This document shows, in pieces, positions 28,540 through 38,386 of a DNA stretch of 64,000 bases. The stretch lies in the NCBI GenBank assembly GCA_027593235.1, contig JAQCIU010000003.1, positions 1 to 64,000 of the forward strand, written 5' to 3'. This DNA is from Chloroflexota bacterium. Its GTDB lineage: Bacteria; Chloroflexota; Dehalococcoidia; UBA2979. Position numbers and translations under genes: made by a program. The notes beneath the pieces were generated by a model. It did no database searches. It was not told where the DNA came from and saw nothing but the letters and a program-made list of their open reading frames with translations. The first letter of the stretch is position 1. Each line of letters starts with the position of its first letter.

Positions 28540-29037
28540 CTAGAACTCCGCCTGAACGCGCGTGTCCTTCTCCGTGACGAGCTGGCGCAGGCTTTCCTGG
28601 AACTCCTCGATTCTGTGGCTGAGCGCCGCATCGCCGCTCGCGAGGATGCGCACGGCCAGCAGGCCGGCGTTGCGCGCGCTGGCGACGCCGACGGTGGCGA
28701 CGGGGATGCCTGCGGGCATCTGGACGATCGAGAGCAACGAGTCGAGCCCATCGAGGTACTTGAGCGGGACGGGCACGCCGATCACCGGCAATGTGGTGGC
28801 GGAAGCGACCATGCCGGGTAGGTGAGCGGCTCCGCCGGCTCCGGCGATGATGACGCGCAGCCCTCGTTCGGCGGCGCGTTCGGCGTAAACGAGCATCGCC
28901 TGCGGGGTGCGGTGAGCGGAGATGACGCGCACCTCGTGGGGGACGCCGAACTCAGCGAGGGCTTCAGCGGCCTCGCGCATGACCGGCAGATCCGAGTCGC
29001 TGCCCATGATGATGCCGACCTGCGGTATGTCCGTCAT
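28540..29037 (-). CDS. purE: N5-carboxyaminoimidazole ribonucleotide mutase
   Basis: [44 protein letters not shown]. Confidence 0.97.
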   Translation of the reverse strand: MTDIPQVGIIMGSDSDLPVMREAAEALAEFGVPHEVRVISAHRTPQAMLVYAERAAERGLRVIIAGAGGAAHLPGMVASATTLPVIGVPVPLKYLDGLDSLLSIVQMPAGIPVATVGVASARNAGLLAVRILASGDAALSHRIEEFQESLRQLVTEKDTRVQAEF

Positions 29038-29052
29038 GCCAGGGATCCTTCC

Positions 29053-30198
29053 CTACGCCGTCGCGGCCATCAGTGTGTCAGCGGCGACGGCGGCGCGCGC
29101 GCGGGTTTCCTCGGGGTCGGCTCCCAGCGCGGTCACATGCCCGATCTTGCGCCCGGCGCGGGCGGCTTTGCCGTAGAGGTGGGCGTGTACGCCGGGAGGC
29201 GTGGCGGTCAACGCCACGGGAAGGCCCGCTTCCACATCGGCGTCGCCGCGTCCGAGCAGGTTGGTCATCACCGCCGCCGGAGCGCGGAGGGCGGTGGAGC
29301 CGAGCGGCCAGTCGAGGATTGCTCGGAGGTGGTTCTCGAACTGCGAGGTAGCGCAGGCCTCGATGCTGAAGTGACCGGAGTTGTGGGGGCGTGTCGCGAT
29401 CTCGTTCACGGAGAGTTCGCCGTTCGCGAGGAAGAGTTCGAGGGCCATGTTGCCGACGACGCCGGTGAGTTCGGCGACGGCGACGGTCAGCTCCTCGGCG
29501 CGCGCGCGGATCGCCTCGGGAATCGCGGCCGGGGCGATCACCTCGACGCAGATGCCGTCGCGTTGGACCGTTTCGACGATCGGGTAGCGCGCGAATTGGC
29601 CGCCCGGCCGGCGGGCGATGAGCCCGGCCAGCTCCTGTTCGATCGGCACGAACTGTTCGACCAGCAAAGAGACACCGTTGGTGGTCGCCTCCGCGATCAA
29701 CGTTTCCGCGGCGGCGCGATCAGCGAGTACCCAGACACCGCGACCGTCGTAGCCATCGCGTTGCGCCTTGGCGACGACGGGCCAGCCGTGCGTTTCTGCG
29801 AACGCGACGATGCCCTCGAGGTCCGCGACCGGCGCGAAGGCGGGCACGGGGAGGCCGGCGGCGCTGAAGGCGCGACGCTGGTGCAGCTTGTCCTGCGCGA
29901 AGAGCAGCGCGTCCGCCGAGGGGTAGACACGCTTGCCTTCGGCCTCGAGCTGGCGAATCGCCTCGAGGTTCACGAGTTCGTGATCGAAGGTCACGACGTC
30001 ACAGTCCGCGGCGAACGCCAGCAGATCGGCGGCGGACTTCGGCGAGCCGATCGCGACATGCGGCCAGATCTTCGCCGCGCCATCCTCGGGACTGGCCGCG
30101 AGCAGGCGGATCGGGATATCGAGGGGCGTCGCGGCTTCAATCAGCATGCGCGCGAGCTGCCCGGCGCCGACGATGCCGATGGTGGGGGTTGGCGTCAT
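29053..30198 (-). CDS. purK: N5-CAIR synthase
   Basis: GAGQLARM, VTFDHE, QDKLHQR, GYDGRG, NEIATRPHNSGH, SQFENHLRA, HLYGK, RKIGHVT. Confidence 0.96.
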   Translation of the reverse strand: MTPTPTIGIVGAGQLARMLIEAATPLDIPIRLLAASPEDGAAKIWPHVAIGSPKSAADLLAFAADCDVVTFDHELVNLEAIRQLEAEGKRVYPSADALLFAQDKLHQRRAFSAAGLPVPAFAPVADLEGIVAFAETHGWPVVAKAQRDGYDGRGVWVLADRAAAETLIAEATTNGVSLLVEQFVPIEQELAGLIARRPGGQFARYPIVETVQRDGICVEVIAPAAIPEAIRARAEELTVAVAELTGVVGNMALELFLANGELSVNEIATRPHNSGHFSIEACATSQFENHLRAILDWPLGSTALRAPAAVMTNLLGRGDADVEAGLPVALTATPPGVHAHLYGKAARAGRKIGHVTALGADPEETRARAAVAADTLMAATA

Positions 30199-30304
30199 GC
30201 CGCCAGTCTCGCGGCGCCACGCACGTCACACAAGCAACCGCGCCCCGACCGTTAAGCGAACCCCCGTGACCGAGGCGCGAAGCGTCACCGAGGGTCGAAG
30301 ACCT

Positions 30305-31591
30305 CTAGCCGGTGGGGCGTTCCTCGGCTGCGCGGCGAGTGGCGGCGACATCGAGGTGTGGGAACTCCTCGGTCGAGGCGCGGCCGTGCAGGGCGTTGTA
30401 CGCCTTGATGTAGCTGGCGGCGCTCCAGGCCTGGTGCGCCTTGCCCATCGGACGGCCACTGCGGCCGTGGAGCCATTCGTTGAACTCCCACTCCTGGTGG
30501 ACGCCGAGCCGATTGGCCTCGGTCAGTCGGGCGAGGGCGTCGAAGGCCAGTTCTTCGTGGCCGAGCTGGTGGAGGAAGCGCACCCAGATGCCACCGATGA
30601 ACGGCCACGCGCCGCCGTTGTGGTAGTGGTGCGGAAGGTTGAGGAAGTTGACGACCAGGTAGTCACGCCAGTCGTCGTCGCCGGGGTAGATCGGCGGGTA
30701 GATATTGCGGATTGGATGCGGATCGTCGGCGCCGACGCCCCAGATGAACTGGAAGATGCGCTCCTTCTGCCAGTCCTCCAGAAAGCCGTTGAGGCCGGCG
30801 AGCAGGTTGGCGTAGACGTCACAGCGCCAGGAGAAGTCGAACGGTTTGACCTCGGAGATCAGGTACTGCGGCGTACCGATGAAGGAGCGACCGAGGGCAC
30901 CCTTGGCCATGTCCGTGTGGTGATCGACGGGCCAGAACACCTCGCGGATGCGATCGCGCACGCGGTCGGCCTGTGCGCGCTCGTCGTCGCCCCCGGGGAG
31001 CTCGAGGAGGTCGAGCAGCGAGGCGTGATCGCGCAGCGCCTGGTGCCAGAGCACTTCGTCGTAGAGGACGTTGTAGGACCGCGGGAAGAGATCCATCCAG
31101 TCCGAGGACTCCGGGATCTGGATCAGACCGTCGCCCGTGGAGTCATGAGCCCTGAGCCAGCGGATGGTGAGCCAGGCGGCTGGCGCGAGGCGGCGTGCGA
31201 ACTCCAGATCGCCGCTGGCAAACGCATAGCGGGTCAGCCCGATCACGAACCAGAGCGAGGAATCGACCGAGGCGATTCCGCCGAGCCCGGAGAACTCAGG
31301 TGTGCCGTTGTGGATGAGCACGTGCGCGGGGATCTGGCCGGCCGGCGCCTGGTGTTCGGCGAGCGTTTCGATGGAGCGTCGCGCGGTATCGAGGAGATCG
31401 GGTTCACCGCTCTCCAGCACCCAGAGGGACGTAATCATGCTGTCGCGTGCCCAGATCGCGGCGTAGTTCTCGGCGGTGTCGGTCAGGACGTTGTCGCTGG
31501 TGGACGCGGCGGTGAAGCCCATCGGGTGGACGTTGCGGCGCAGCGAAGAAAGCGCCTGCTCGTAGGCCTCGTTGCGCGGGGCGTTCGACAT
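30305..31591 (-). CDS. (alpha/alpha)6 glycoside hydrolase, GH100 invertase / amylo-alpha-1,6-glucosidase-like
   Basis: NYAAIWARDS, GQIP, VDSSLWF, DWMD, HYHNGGAWPF, WEFNEW, QAWSAA. Confidence 0.85.
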   Translation of the reverse strand: MSNAPRNEAYEQALSSLRRNVHPMGFTAASTSDNVLTDTAENYAAIWARDSMITSLWVLESGEPDLLDTARRSIETLAEHQAPAGQIPAHVLIHNGTPEFSGLGGIASVDSSLWFVIGLTRYAFASGDLEFARRLAPAAWLTIRWLRAHDSTGDGLIQIPESSDWMDLFPRSYNVLYDEVLWHQALRDHASLLDLLELPGGDDERAQADRVRDRIREVFWPVDHHTDMAKGALGRSFIGTPQYLISEVKPFDFSWRCDVYANLLAGLNGFLEDWQKERIFQFIWGVGADDPHPIRNIYPPIYPGDDDWRDYLVVNFLNLPHHYHNGGAWPFIGGIWVRFLHQLGHEELAFDALARLTEANRLGVHQEWEFNEWLHGRSGRPMGKAHQAWSAASYIKAYNALHGRASTEEFPHLDVAATRRAAEERPTG

Positions 31592-31793
31592 CGCAGCAAC
31601 CTTGCCGAGGGCGCGCGTCCGGGTGGCGCCTTCAATTCGATCATCGCAGCCGCGCCGCTGTCTCGGGAGCCGCGAACCGATCAGGAATTCGTCTGAATCG
31701 ACCAGAAGACTCGCGGGTGACGGTCGCCGGGACCACGACTCAGTCCGCGCGTTCGGGTGGCGAGCATAGCGCGTCGCGCCGTCCGCGCCGCCG

Positions 31794-31857
31794 GCGCCGC
31801 TCGCCGGTGCGTCACACCGAGGAGAGCGCCGCTCGCCGGTGCGTCACACCGCGGAGA
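31794..31857. repeat. 32-bp tandem duplication covering the glycosyltransferase stop codon
   Basis: GCGCCGCTCGCCGGTGCGTCACACCG(A/C)GGAGA twice, one mismatch. Confidence 0.9.
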
Positions 31858-33148
31858 GCACCGCGTCATCGGGGCGGGTGTAGGCGCCTCGGAAGTGCTC
31901 GAAGATGTTCGCGGTGCGTTTGGCGATCCCGGTCCAGCCGAACTCGCGGCGGGCGAAGCGGGAGCCCTCGTTGCTCAGCTTGCCGGCGAGTTCCGGGTAG
32001 CGCATGGGCATCGCGAGCATGCCAGCGAACTCCTGTGGGATGGTCGGATCGGCGAAGAGCGCCTGGGTGCCAAAGTTGAGCATCTCGCGGAGGCCGCCGT
32101 TCGCGGTGACCACTGTCGGCGTGCCGCAGGCCATCGCCTCGATCGCGGTCATGCCGAACGGCTCGTAGCGAGAGCAGAGCGCGAAGACGGCGGCGGCCCG
32201 GTAGTAGTTCGGCATTTGCTCGTCCGGGATGTAGTTCCGCCAGATCACGTGTTCCTCGACGCAGAGCGCCTGGGCACGCTGCTTCCAATCGGCGATCAGC
32301 CGCTCGTCGGCAGGTGAGTTCGCGCCGACGGCGAGTTGGACGCGGGCGTCCGGGACGATCTGACGGAGCGCGGGCAGCGACTCGATCAGCAGGTCATAGC
32401 CCTTGTTCGTGGCGGCGCGGCCGACGGCGTAGACATCGTGTTGGCGGAACTTGATCCGGCGCCGGATCTTCTTGATCTCCTCGGAGGGGACGGGGGTGAA
32501 GCGCGATTCATCGATGCCGGGCGGGATCATCGTGATCTGCTGATCGCGCATGTCGTAGCTGGCACGAAGGATGTCGGCCTGCTGGTAGCTGGTGGCGATC
32601 AGGTGATCGCAGCTCCGGTAGACGAGGAATTCGCGCTGGATGCGCTCCTCGAAGCGGTAGCCGTTTGTCGCCTCGGGATCCTGATCGCGGATCGAGCGCA
32701 TGTCCGTCTGCTTCCACTTGCCCAGCGAATGCGGGGTGTGGATGTGCGGGATGCCGAGTTCTTCGGCGATGCGCTGGCCGGCCCAGCCGGCGTCCCAGTA
32801 GTGCGAGTTCACGGTGTCGTACTCGCGGCCGCTGCGGGCGGTGGTGGTGAGGAAGTTGGTCACGAACTCGGTCAGGTGATCGTGCATGTCCTCTTTGCGG
32901 ATGAACTCTTTGCCGCCGAAGGGGATGCGCAGGATGCGGGCGCCGCTGTTGAGACGCTCGACGGCGCGCTGGCCCTCGAACTGACGGGTCACCACGTCGA
33001 CCTGGTAGCCAAGGCGTGCGAACCGGCGCGCCAGCTCGATCACGAAGGTGACCTGTCCGCCGGTGTCCGGCAGGCCCAGTTCCGGCTTCGCGGCGACGTA
33101 GCCGTGGAGCGACAACATGAGGAGCGATCCTCGGTAGCCGGTGGTCAT
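31844..33148 (-). CDS. GT4 sucrose-phosphate / mannosylfructose-phosphate synthase-like glycosyltransferase
   Basis: SLHGYV..PELGLPDTGGQV, VVTRQF, SHYWDAG, HTPHSLG, IPPGID, YEPFGMTAIEAMACG; ATGA overlap with the HAD gene. Confidence 0.9.
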   Translation of the reverse strand: MTTGYRGSLLMLSLHGYVAAKPELGLPDTGGQVTFVIELARRFARLGYQVDVVTRQFEGQRAVERLNSGARILRIPFGGKEFIRKEDMHDHLTEFVTNFLTTTARSGREYDTVNSHYWDAGWAGQRIAEELGIPHIHTPHSLGKWKQTDMRSIRDQDPEATNGYRFEERIQREFLVYRSCDHLIATSYQQADILRASYDMRDQQITMIPPGIDESRFTPVPSEEIKKIRRRIKFRQHDVYAVGRAATNKGYDLLIESLPALRQIVPDARVQLAVGANSPADERLIADWKQRAQALCVEEHVIWRNYIPDEQMPNYYRAAAVFALCSRYEPFGMTAIEAMACGTPTVVTANGGLREMLNFGTQALFADPTIPQEFAGMLAMPMRYPELAGKLSNEGSRFARREFGWTGIAKRTANIFEHFRGAYTRPDDAVLSAV

Positions 33149-33906
33149 CGGTCTCTCCGTTCGGGGATCAATCCCCAGTGCCGCAGCCCCTCGAGGATGC
33201 CGGCGGCGTAGTGATCGGTTGCGAGGTAGGCGCGCTCCCGGTCGACGCGATCGCGCAGCTCCGTCCGGCCGTTGCCGACGACGACGCCGCGAGACGCGTG
33301 TTCGAACATGACGAGGTCGTTGCCTGAGTCGCCGGCGACGATCACGTGATCGTGCGCGACCGCGAGGTGGTCCGAGACGCGAAACATCGCCTCCGCTTTG
33401 CCGGCGTCGGGCGGGATCACGTCGAAGTCGCTGTCGCCGCTGTGGATGGTCCGCCGCGCGATCGCGGCGGCATCGAGGGCCGCCTCGACAGCCGCGACGG
33501 CGGAGGCGGGGACGGCGAAGCTGGCCTTGTAGGGGGTCTGGAACTCTTCGGCGTGTGGCGCGAAGCCGAGGGCGCGGATGACGCGATCGACCTCGGTGCG
33601 TGGCCAGCCCTTGAAGCGGCGCTCCCAGCCGTCGTCGTGGCCGCAGCCGGCGTAGTCGATCTCGGTGCCGAGGGCGGTAATCACGGCGTCGGCGGGTGGT
33701 GCGCCGGGCGGCCATGCTGCCGCGATTGTGCGGCGGACGCTGGCGGTCGGGCGGCTGGAGTTGAGGGCGATCGGCATCGCGGCGTCGCGCAACGCCTGAA
33801 GGAGTTCGGCTAACGCCCCCTCATCGCCGAGCAGCGTGTCATCGATGTCGGTGACCAGGAGCCACCGCGCGGCGGACGGGGGGCGGTCAGAGCTGGAGGA
33901 CCGCAT
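33145..33906 (-). CDS. HAD-IIB sucrose-phosphate / mannosylfructose-phosphate phosphatase-like protein
   Basis: LLVTDIDDTLLGD, NSSR, GTEI, YKASF, DVIP..AGK, AGDSGND. Confidence 0.9.
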   Translation of the reverse strand: MRSSSSDRPPSAARWLLVTDIDDTLLGDEGALAELLQALRDAAMPIALNSSRPTASVRRTIAAAWPPGAPPADAVITALGTEIDYAGCGHDDGWERRFKGWPRTEVDRVIRALGFAPHAEEFQTPYKASFAVPASAVAAVEAALDAAAIARRTIHSGDSDFDVIPPDAGKAEAMFRVSDHLAVAHDHVIVAGDSGNDLVMFEHASRGVVVGNGRTELRDRVDRERAYLATDHYAAGILEGLRHWGLIPERRDR

Positions 33907-33964
33907 TTCCGCGACGATAACACGCAAGGATTGCGGGGCTGTTTCCGGGTGGTAGAGTCAAGGG

Positions 33965-34570
33965 ATGACAACTGACCCGGCCGAGCGCGACGCGGAGTCA
34001 GCGGAGGCTGCCGAGGCATATCGCCGCGAGCTGCGCGCGAACAAGGTGCGCAAGGGCCTGGTGATCGTGAACACCGGCGACGGCAAGGGGAAGTCGACGG
34101 CGGCCTTCGGGATCGCGTTCCGGGCGCGGGGGCGGGGCATGCCGGTCGCGATCATCCAGTTCCTCAAGCGCGACGGCGCGAACTACGGGGAGTTGCGAGC
34201 GGCGCGCGAGCTGGGCATTGAGGTCGAAGGTGCGGGCGACGGCTGGACCTGGACGAGCAAGGACCTGGATCACTCGGCGGAACTGGCGCGGGCTGGCTGG
34301 GCGCGAGCGCAGGAGCTGATCGAGGCGGATGCCCACACGGTGATCGTGCTGGACGAGTTCACGTATCCGATGACCTACGGCTGGGTCGACACGCACGAAG
34401 TGGTCGCGTGGCTGCGCGAGCACAAGCCGGCGATGCTGCACCTGGTGATCACCGGACGGAACGCGCCGGACGAGCTGATCGAGTACGCCGATCTGGTGAC
34501 GGAGATGCGATTGGTGAAGCACCCGTTCCAGGACCAGGGCATCAAGGCGCAGCCGGGGATCGAGTTCTAG
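33965..34570 (+). CDS. cobO: Cob(I)yrinic acid a,c-diamide adenosyltransferase (CobA/BtuR type)
   Basis: VNTGDGKGKSTAAFG, QFLK, VLDE, VITGRNAP, ADLVTEM..KHP, GIEF. Confidence 0.95.
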   Translation: MTTDPAERDAESAEAAEAYRRELRANKVRKGLVIVNTGDGKGKSTAAFGIAFRARGRGMPVAIIQFLKRDGANYGELRAARELGIEVEGAGDGWTWTSKDLDHSAELARAGWARAQELIEADAHTVIVLDEFTYPMTYGWVDTHEVVAWLREHKPAMLHLVITGRNAPDELIEYADLVTEMRLVKHPFQDQGIKAQPGIEF

Positions 34571-35772
34571 CGCGTCTCGCGAGCGGAACGCCAGGCCTCG
34601 CGCAGGCCGATGCGCGGGCCCGTGCTGAGGATCGCACCGGCGTAGATGCGCCCGGAGAGATTGACGATCGCTCCGATCGACAGGATCAGCAGGGTCAGCG
34701 AGAGCGCGATCTCCCAGAGGGGCGGCGAGCCGACGCCGATCCGAGGTGTCATCGCGAGCGGCGAGGACACCGGCAAGATCGAGAGCACGCGCGCGGTCAG
34801 GCTGTCGGGATTCGAGACGACCAGTGTGAGCGATGTGAAGTAGATGACGATCAAGGTGATGTTGATTGGCATGGTTGCCGCCTGCGCATCTTCCTGGCGC
34901 GCGACCGTCGCGCCGGCCGCCGCGAAGATGAAGCTGTAGAACAGCAGTCCCAGCACGAGGTAGGCGGCGGCGAATGCCCCGACTCGGAAGCCGATCGCTG
35001 GCAGGTCGGCGGTGCCGAAGATGCTGATCGCGATCAAGGCGGCGGCGATGCCGATCGCGATCTGAGAGACGGCGAGGAGGAGGATGCCTCCTACCTTCCC
35101 GAGCAACAGTTGCCACGGGCGCAACGCGCCCATCAATACCTCGACGACCCGGCTGGTCTTCTCCTCAACCACGCCGTTGAGGATCCAAGATCCGTACGCC
35201 GTCAACGAGAGGAGCAACACCACAACTGCGGCGGAGGAGGCGCCGCGGTCGGCCTCGCTGGCACGTTCGCCGTCGGCGGTCTCGGGGTTGAGCAGCGTGA
35301 TCGGGATCGGCTCCGGATTCACGAGCGGAGCAGCCTCCTCGAGCGTCAGGTCGAGGCTGGCGAGGACGTCTGGGAGCGTCGCGAGCCGATAGGCCTGCGT
35401 GACGAGCGCGCTGATGTTGCGGTCTGCTTCGCGGTCGAAGATGAGCGATGGGCCGGCGTAGAACGCAGCGACGGCGCCGCCGTTCGCGACCATGCGGCGC
35501 GCTTCATCGCGATCGGCGACCAGCACGACGTGCACCTCGGTGCCGAGCGATCCGTCGTCGAGGAGCTCTCCGAAGGTGTCATTGACGTCCGACGTGACGA
35601 CAGCGACCACCGGCGTCCCTTGACCGACGATGTCGGGGAGAATCGTCGCCGCGGCGACGGCGCCGAAGGCGATCACGAGGATCAACAGCGTGGAGATGCG
35701 GAAGGTGCGTGCGCCGGTCCGTTCACGGATTTCGCGCTGAGCGACCAGCCATGCGCCGCCGAGGCCGCTCAT
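34567..35772 (-). CDS. ABC-2 type exporter permease (NatB/YhaP-like)
   Basis: VAQREIRER, GVVEEKTSRVVEVL, LLLGKV, AAAGATV.RQEDAQ. Confidence 0.9.
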   Translation of the reverse strand: MSGLGGAWLVAQREIRERTGARTFRISTLLILVIAFGAVAAATILPDIVGQGTPVVAVVTSDVNDTFGELLDDGSLGTEVHVVLVADRDEARRMVANGGAVAAFYAGPSLIFDREADRNISALVTQAYRLATLPDVLASLDLTLEEAAPLVNPEPIPITLLNPETADGERASEADRGASSAAVVVLLLSLTAYGSWILNGVVEEKTSRVVEVLMGALRPWQLLLGKVGGILLLAVSQIAIGIAAALIAISIFGTADLPAIGFRVGAFAAAYLVLGLLFYSFIFAAAGATVARQEDAQAATMPINITLIVIYFTSLTLVVSNPDSLTARVLSILPVSSPLAMTPRIGVGSPPLWEIALSLTLLILSIGAIVNLSGRIYAGAILSTGPRIGLREAWRSARETR

Positions 35773-36689
35773 GCCGGCACCTCAACCGCCGGCGCTGCTC
35801 CGATCGCTTCCATGAAGAGGTCGGAGAGGGCGGGGGGCTCGAAGCGGAAGAAGCGCACCTCGCCCGCGGCCTGTGCGGCCCACAGCAGCAGCGCCGGGTT
35901 GGCGTCGTTCGGCACGCGTAGCCTCGATTCCGGACCGCGTTCCCACATCGTTTCGGCGCCCTCGATGCCGGCGTGCCATGTGGCAGCGGCGCCGTCCGTG
36001 ACGACCGAGGCGTGCACGTAGCGCGAGGGCGAGGCGGCGCGGACCGCGTCGAGCTCGCCCGCGAGGACGACGCGCCCGCGATGGATGATCGCGATGTCGT
36101 CGCAGAGGTCCTCGACGAGATCGAGCTGGTGGCTGGAGAACACGACGGCGGCACCGCGTTCGGCCTGTTCGCGCACGACGTCGCCGAGCGCGGCGACGCC
36201 GATTGGATCGAGGCCGGAGAACGGTTCGTCGAGGATCAGCAGATCCGCCTGGTGGGCGAGCGCGACGATGAGCTGGACGCGCTGCTGGTTGCCGTGCGAC
36301 AGCTCCTCGACGCGTGCGGTGGCGCGGTCGGCGAGCCCGAGACGCTCGAGCCAGTGGTCGGCGGCGGTGGCGGCATCGCTGGTGCTCAGGCCGTGGAGGC
36401 GCGCGAAGTAGATCGCCTGATCACGGACGCGCATGCGCGGGTAGAGGCCGCGCTGTTCCGGCATATAGCCGAAGCGCGCGCGTTCCTCGGGACGGATCGG
36501 CGCGCCGCGCCAGTGGACGGCGCCGCGATCGAGGTGCACCAGCCCGAAGACGCTGCGCATCGCGGTGGTCTTGCCGGAGCCGTTGGGACCGAGGAGGCCG
36601 AGCATGCGACCGGGCTGTGCGCGAATCGTGCAGCCGTCGAGGGCGCGCACGTCGCCGTAGCGCTTCTCCAGGTCGGTCAGTTCGAGCAT
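35769..36689 (-). CDS. ABC transporter ATP-binding protein (NatA/YhaQ-like)
   Basis: GPNGSGKTT, GYMPEQRGLY, LSHGNQQR, ILDEPFSGLDP, FSSH. Confidence 0.93.
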   Translation of the reverse strand: MLELTDLEKRYGDVRALDGCTIRAQPGRMLGLLGPNGSGKTTAMRSVFGLVHLDRGAVHWRGAPIRPEERARFGYMPEQRGLYPRMRVRDQAIYFARLHGLSTSDAATAADHWLERLGLADRATARVEELSHGNQQRVQLIVALAHQADLLILDEPFSGLDPIGVAALGDVVREQAERGAAVVFSSHQLDLVEDLCDDIAIIHRGRVVLAGELDAVRAASPSRYVHASVVTDGAAATWHAGIEGAETMWERGPESRLRVPNDANPALLLWAAQAAGEVRFFRFEPPALSDLFMEAIGAAPAVEVPA

Positions 36690-36777
36690 GGTCCCCCGGA
36701 GCTGCGCTTGAGCATCCATGGTGCCGGGCGACCGGTCGATTGGGTAGCGGAGCGCCCTCGGTCGCGGCGGCCTGCGG

Positions 36778-38265
36778 CTAGGCGAGGCGGCCGAGGATGG
36801 CACGCAGCGTCTCGCGCAGGCGCTCGTTCGGGACGCGCCGCGCGAGCGAGGCGTAACGGCGGACCTTGCCGCCCGCCAGCCACGCGTGCGTGGCCTCGAC
36901 CGCCGCGAGCTGGGCGGAGACGGCGTAGGACGGGTACGCGTGCGGCAGCTCCGCGAGATCGCGGAGTCCGAGGCCCTGTCGCATCGCGAGCGCGAATTCG
37001 TGGATCAGCTCGCCGGCGGCGGGCGCGACGATCTGCGCGCCCTCGATGCGGTCGTGCTTGCCGCGGGTGACGACCTGGACGAAGCCGGGCGCGGCCTGTT
37101 CCACGGTGGCGCGATCGGACTCGGCGAGGGAGGAGCGGTGGACGCGCACGGCGTCTCCCCAGCGGGCGCGTGCTTCGGCCTCGGTGGCGCCGATCGTAGC
37201 GGTCTCCGGATCGGTGTAGGTGACGGCGGGGGTGAGGCGCGGATCGATCGGTCGTGGCAAGAGCAGCACCGAGGCCATCAGCGCCGACACGCCCTCGAGT
37301 GCCGCGAGGTGCGTGAGACGCGGGCCCGGGACAACGTCGCCGGCGGCGTAGACGCGCGGGTTCGAGGTGCGCATGTTCCGGTCCACGGTGATGCCCGTGA
37401 CGCGGTCGAAGGCGATCCCGGCGGCTTCGAGGCCGAGTCCTTCGACCTGTGGCACGCGGCCCGCCGCCACCAGCACCTGGTCGAACGGCAGCTCGGTGCG
37501 ACCGTCGCGGCCCTCGAGGATTGCGCGCGAGCCGGTGGCGCGGGTCTCGATCGCGCGGACGGTGGTCGCGGTGCGGATGGTGACGCCGTCGGCCTCGAGG
37601 GCAGCGCGGAGCGCGGCGCCCAGCCGGCGATCGAGCGCGGGCAGCACCTCGATCGCGGCTTCGACGATCGTGACGGCGGAGCCGAGGCGGGCGAAGGCCT
37701 GTCCCAACTCCAGCCCGACGACGCCGGCGCCGATCACGAGGAGGCGGTGCGGGAGCACCCGCAGCGACCAGATCGTTTCGTTCGTCAGGTAGCCGGCGTT
37801 CGCGAGGCCGGGGACCGGCGGGACAACCGCCGAGGCGCCAGTCGCAACGACGACATAACGCGATGCCAACTCGCGGCCGTCAACGAGCAGGCGATCGGGC
37901 GCCTCGAAGGTCGCGCGGCCCTCGATGACATCGACGCCGCGGGCGCGGAGCAGATCGGGCGCGTCGGCACGTTCGAAGATCGCCTGCTGGTGGTCGTGGA
38001 TGCGGTCCATGACGCTGCCGAGGTCCACGGCCGCGCTGGCCTCGAAGCGGGGGAGCCCGAAGCGCTCGGTGCGCCCGGCGCGGTGATGGGCGTTCGCGGC
38101 GGCGAGCAGCGCCTTGCTTGGCACGCAGCCGGCCCAGGTGCAGTCGCCGCCGAGTCGTGCCGCCTCGATGAGCGCGACGCGGATGCCGAGGCGTGGCGCG
38201 ACGTCGGCGATCGAGAGACCGGCCGGGCCGCCACCGATCACCGCGAGGTCGTAAGGCTTCGCCAT
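36778..38265 (-). CDS. Class I pyridine nucleotide-disulfide oxidoreductase (MerA/LpdA-like)
   Basis: IGGGPAG, GGDCTWAGCVPSK, ATGA, IGAGVVGLELGQ, YAAGD, HAYPS; no C-terminal Cys-Cys pair, so not a true MerA. Confidence 0.9.
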   Translation of the reverse strand: MAKPYDLAVIGGGPAGLSIADVAPRLGIRVALIEAARLGGDCTWAGCVPSKALLAAANAHHRAGRTERFGLPRFEASAAVDLGSVMDRIHDHQQAIFERADAPDLLRARGVDVIEGRATFEAPDRLLVDGRELASRYVVVATGASAVVPPVPGLANAGYLTNETIWSLRVLPHRLLVIGAGVVGLELGQAFARLGSAVTIVEAAIEVLPALDRRLGAALRAALEADGVTIRTATTVRAIETRATGSRAILEGRDGRTELPFDQVLVAAGRVPQVEGLGLEAAGIAFDRVTGITVDRNMRTSNPRVYAAGDVVPGPRLTHLAALEGVSALMASVLLLPRPIDPRLTPAVTYTDPETATIGATEAEARARWGDAVRVHRSSLAESDRATVEQAAPGFVQVVTRGKHDRIEGAQIVAPAAGELIHEFALAMRQGLGLRDLAELPHAYPSYAVSAQLAAVEATHAWLAGGKVRRYASLARRVPNERLRETLRAILGRLA

Positions 38266-38386
38266 CGCGCTCTCCTCGGAAGTGGCGTTCGCGGCGCGAT
38301 CAGTATCGCGGGGCGGGGGCTCCGCGCGGTGTGAGCGCGCTTGCGGACGGTGGCTCGCCGCCAGTAGCGAGGCCGCTACCGCGCGA

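Noticed and set aside
31794-31857. Possible CRISPR repeat pair
   Set aside because: Two copies with no spacer and no cas genes
36778-38265. Mercuric reductase / mercury resistance
   Set aside because: No C-terminal Cys-Cys, no NmerA domain and no mer operon
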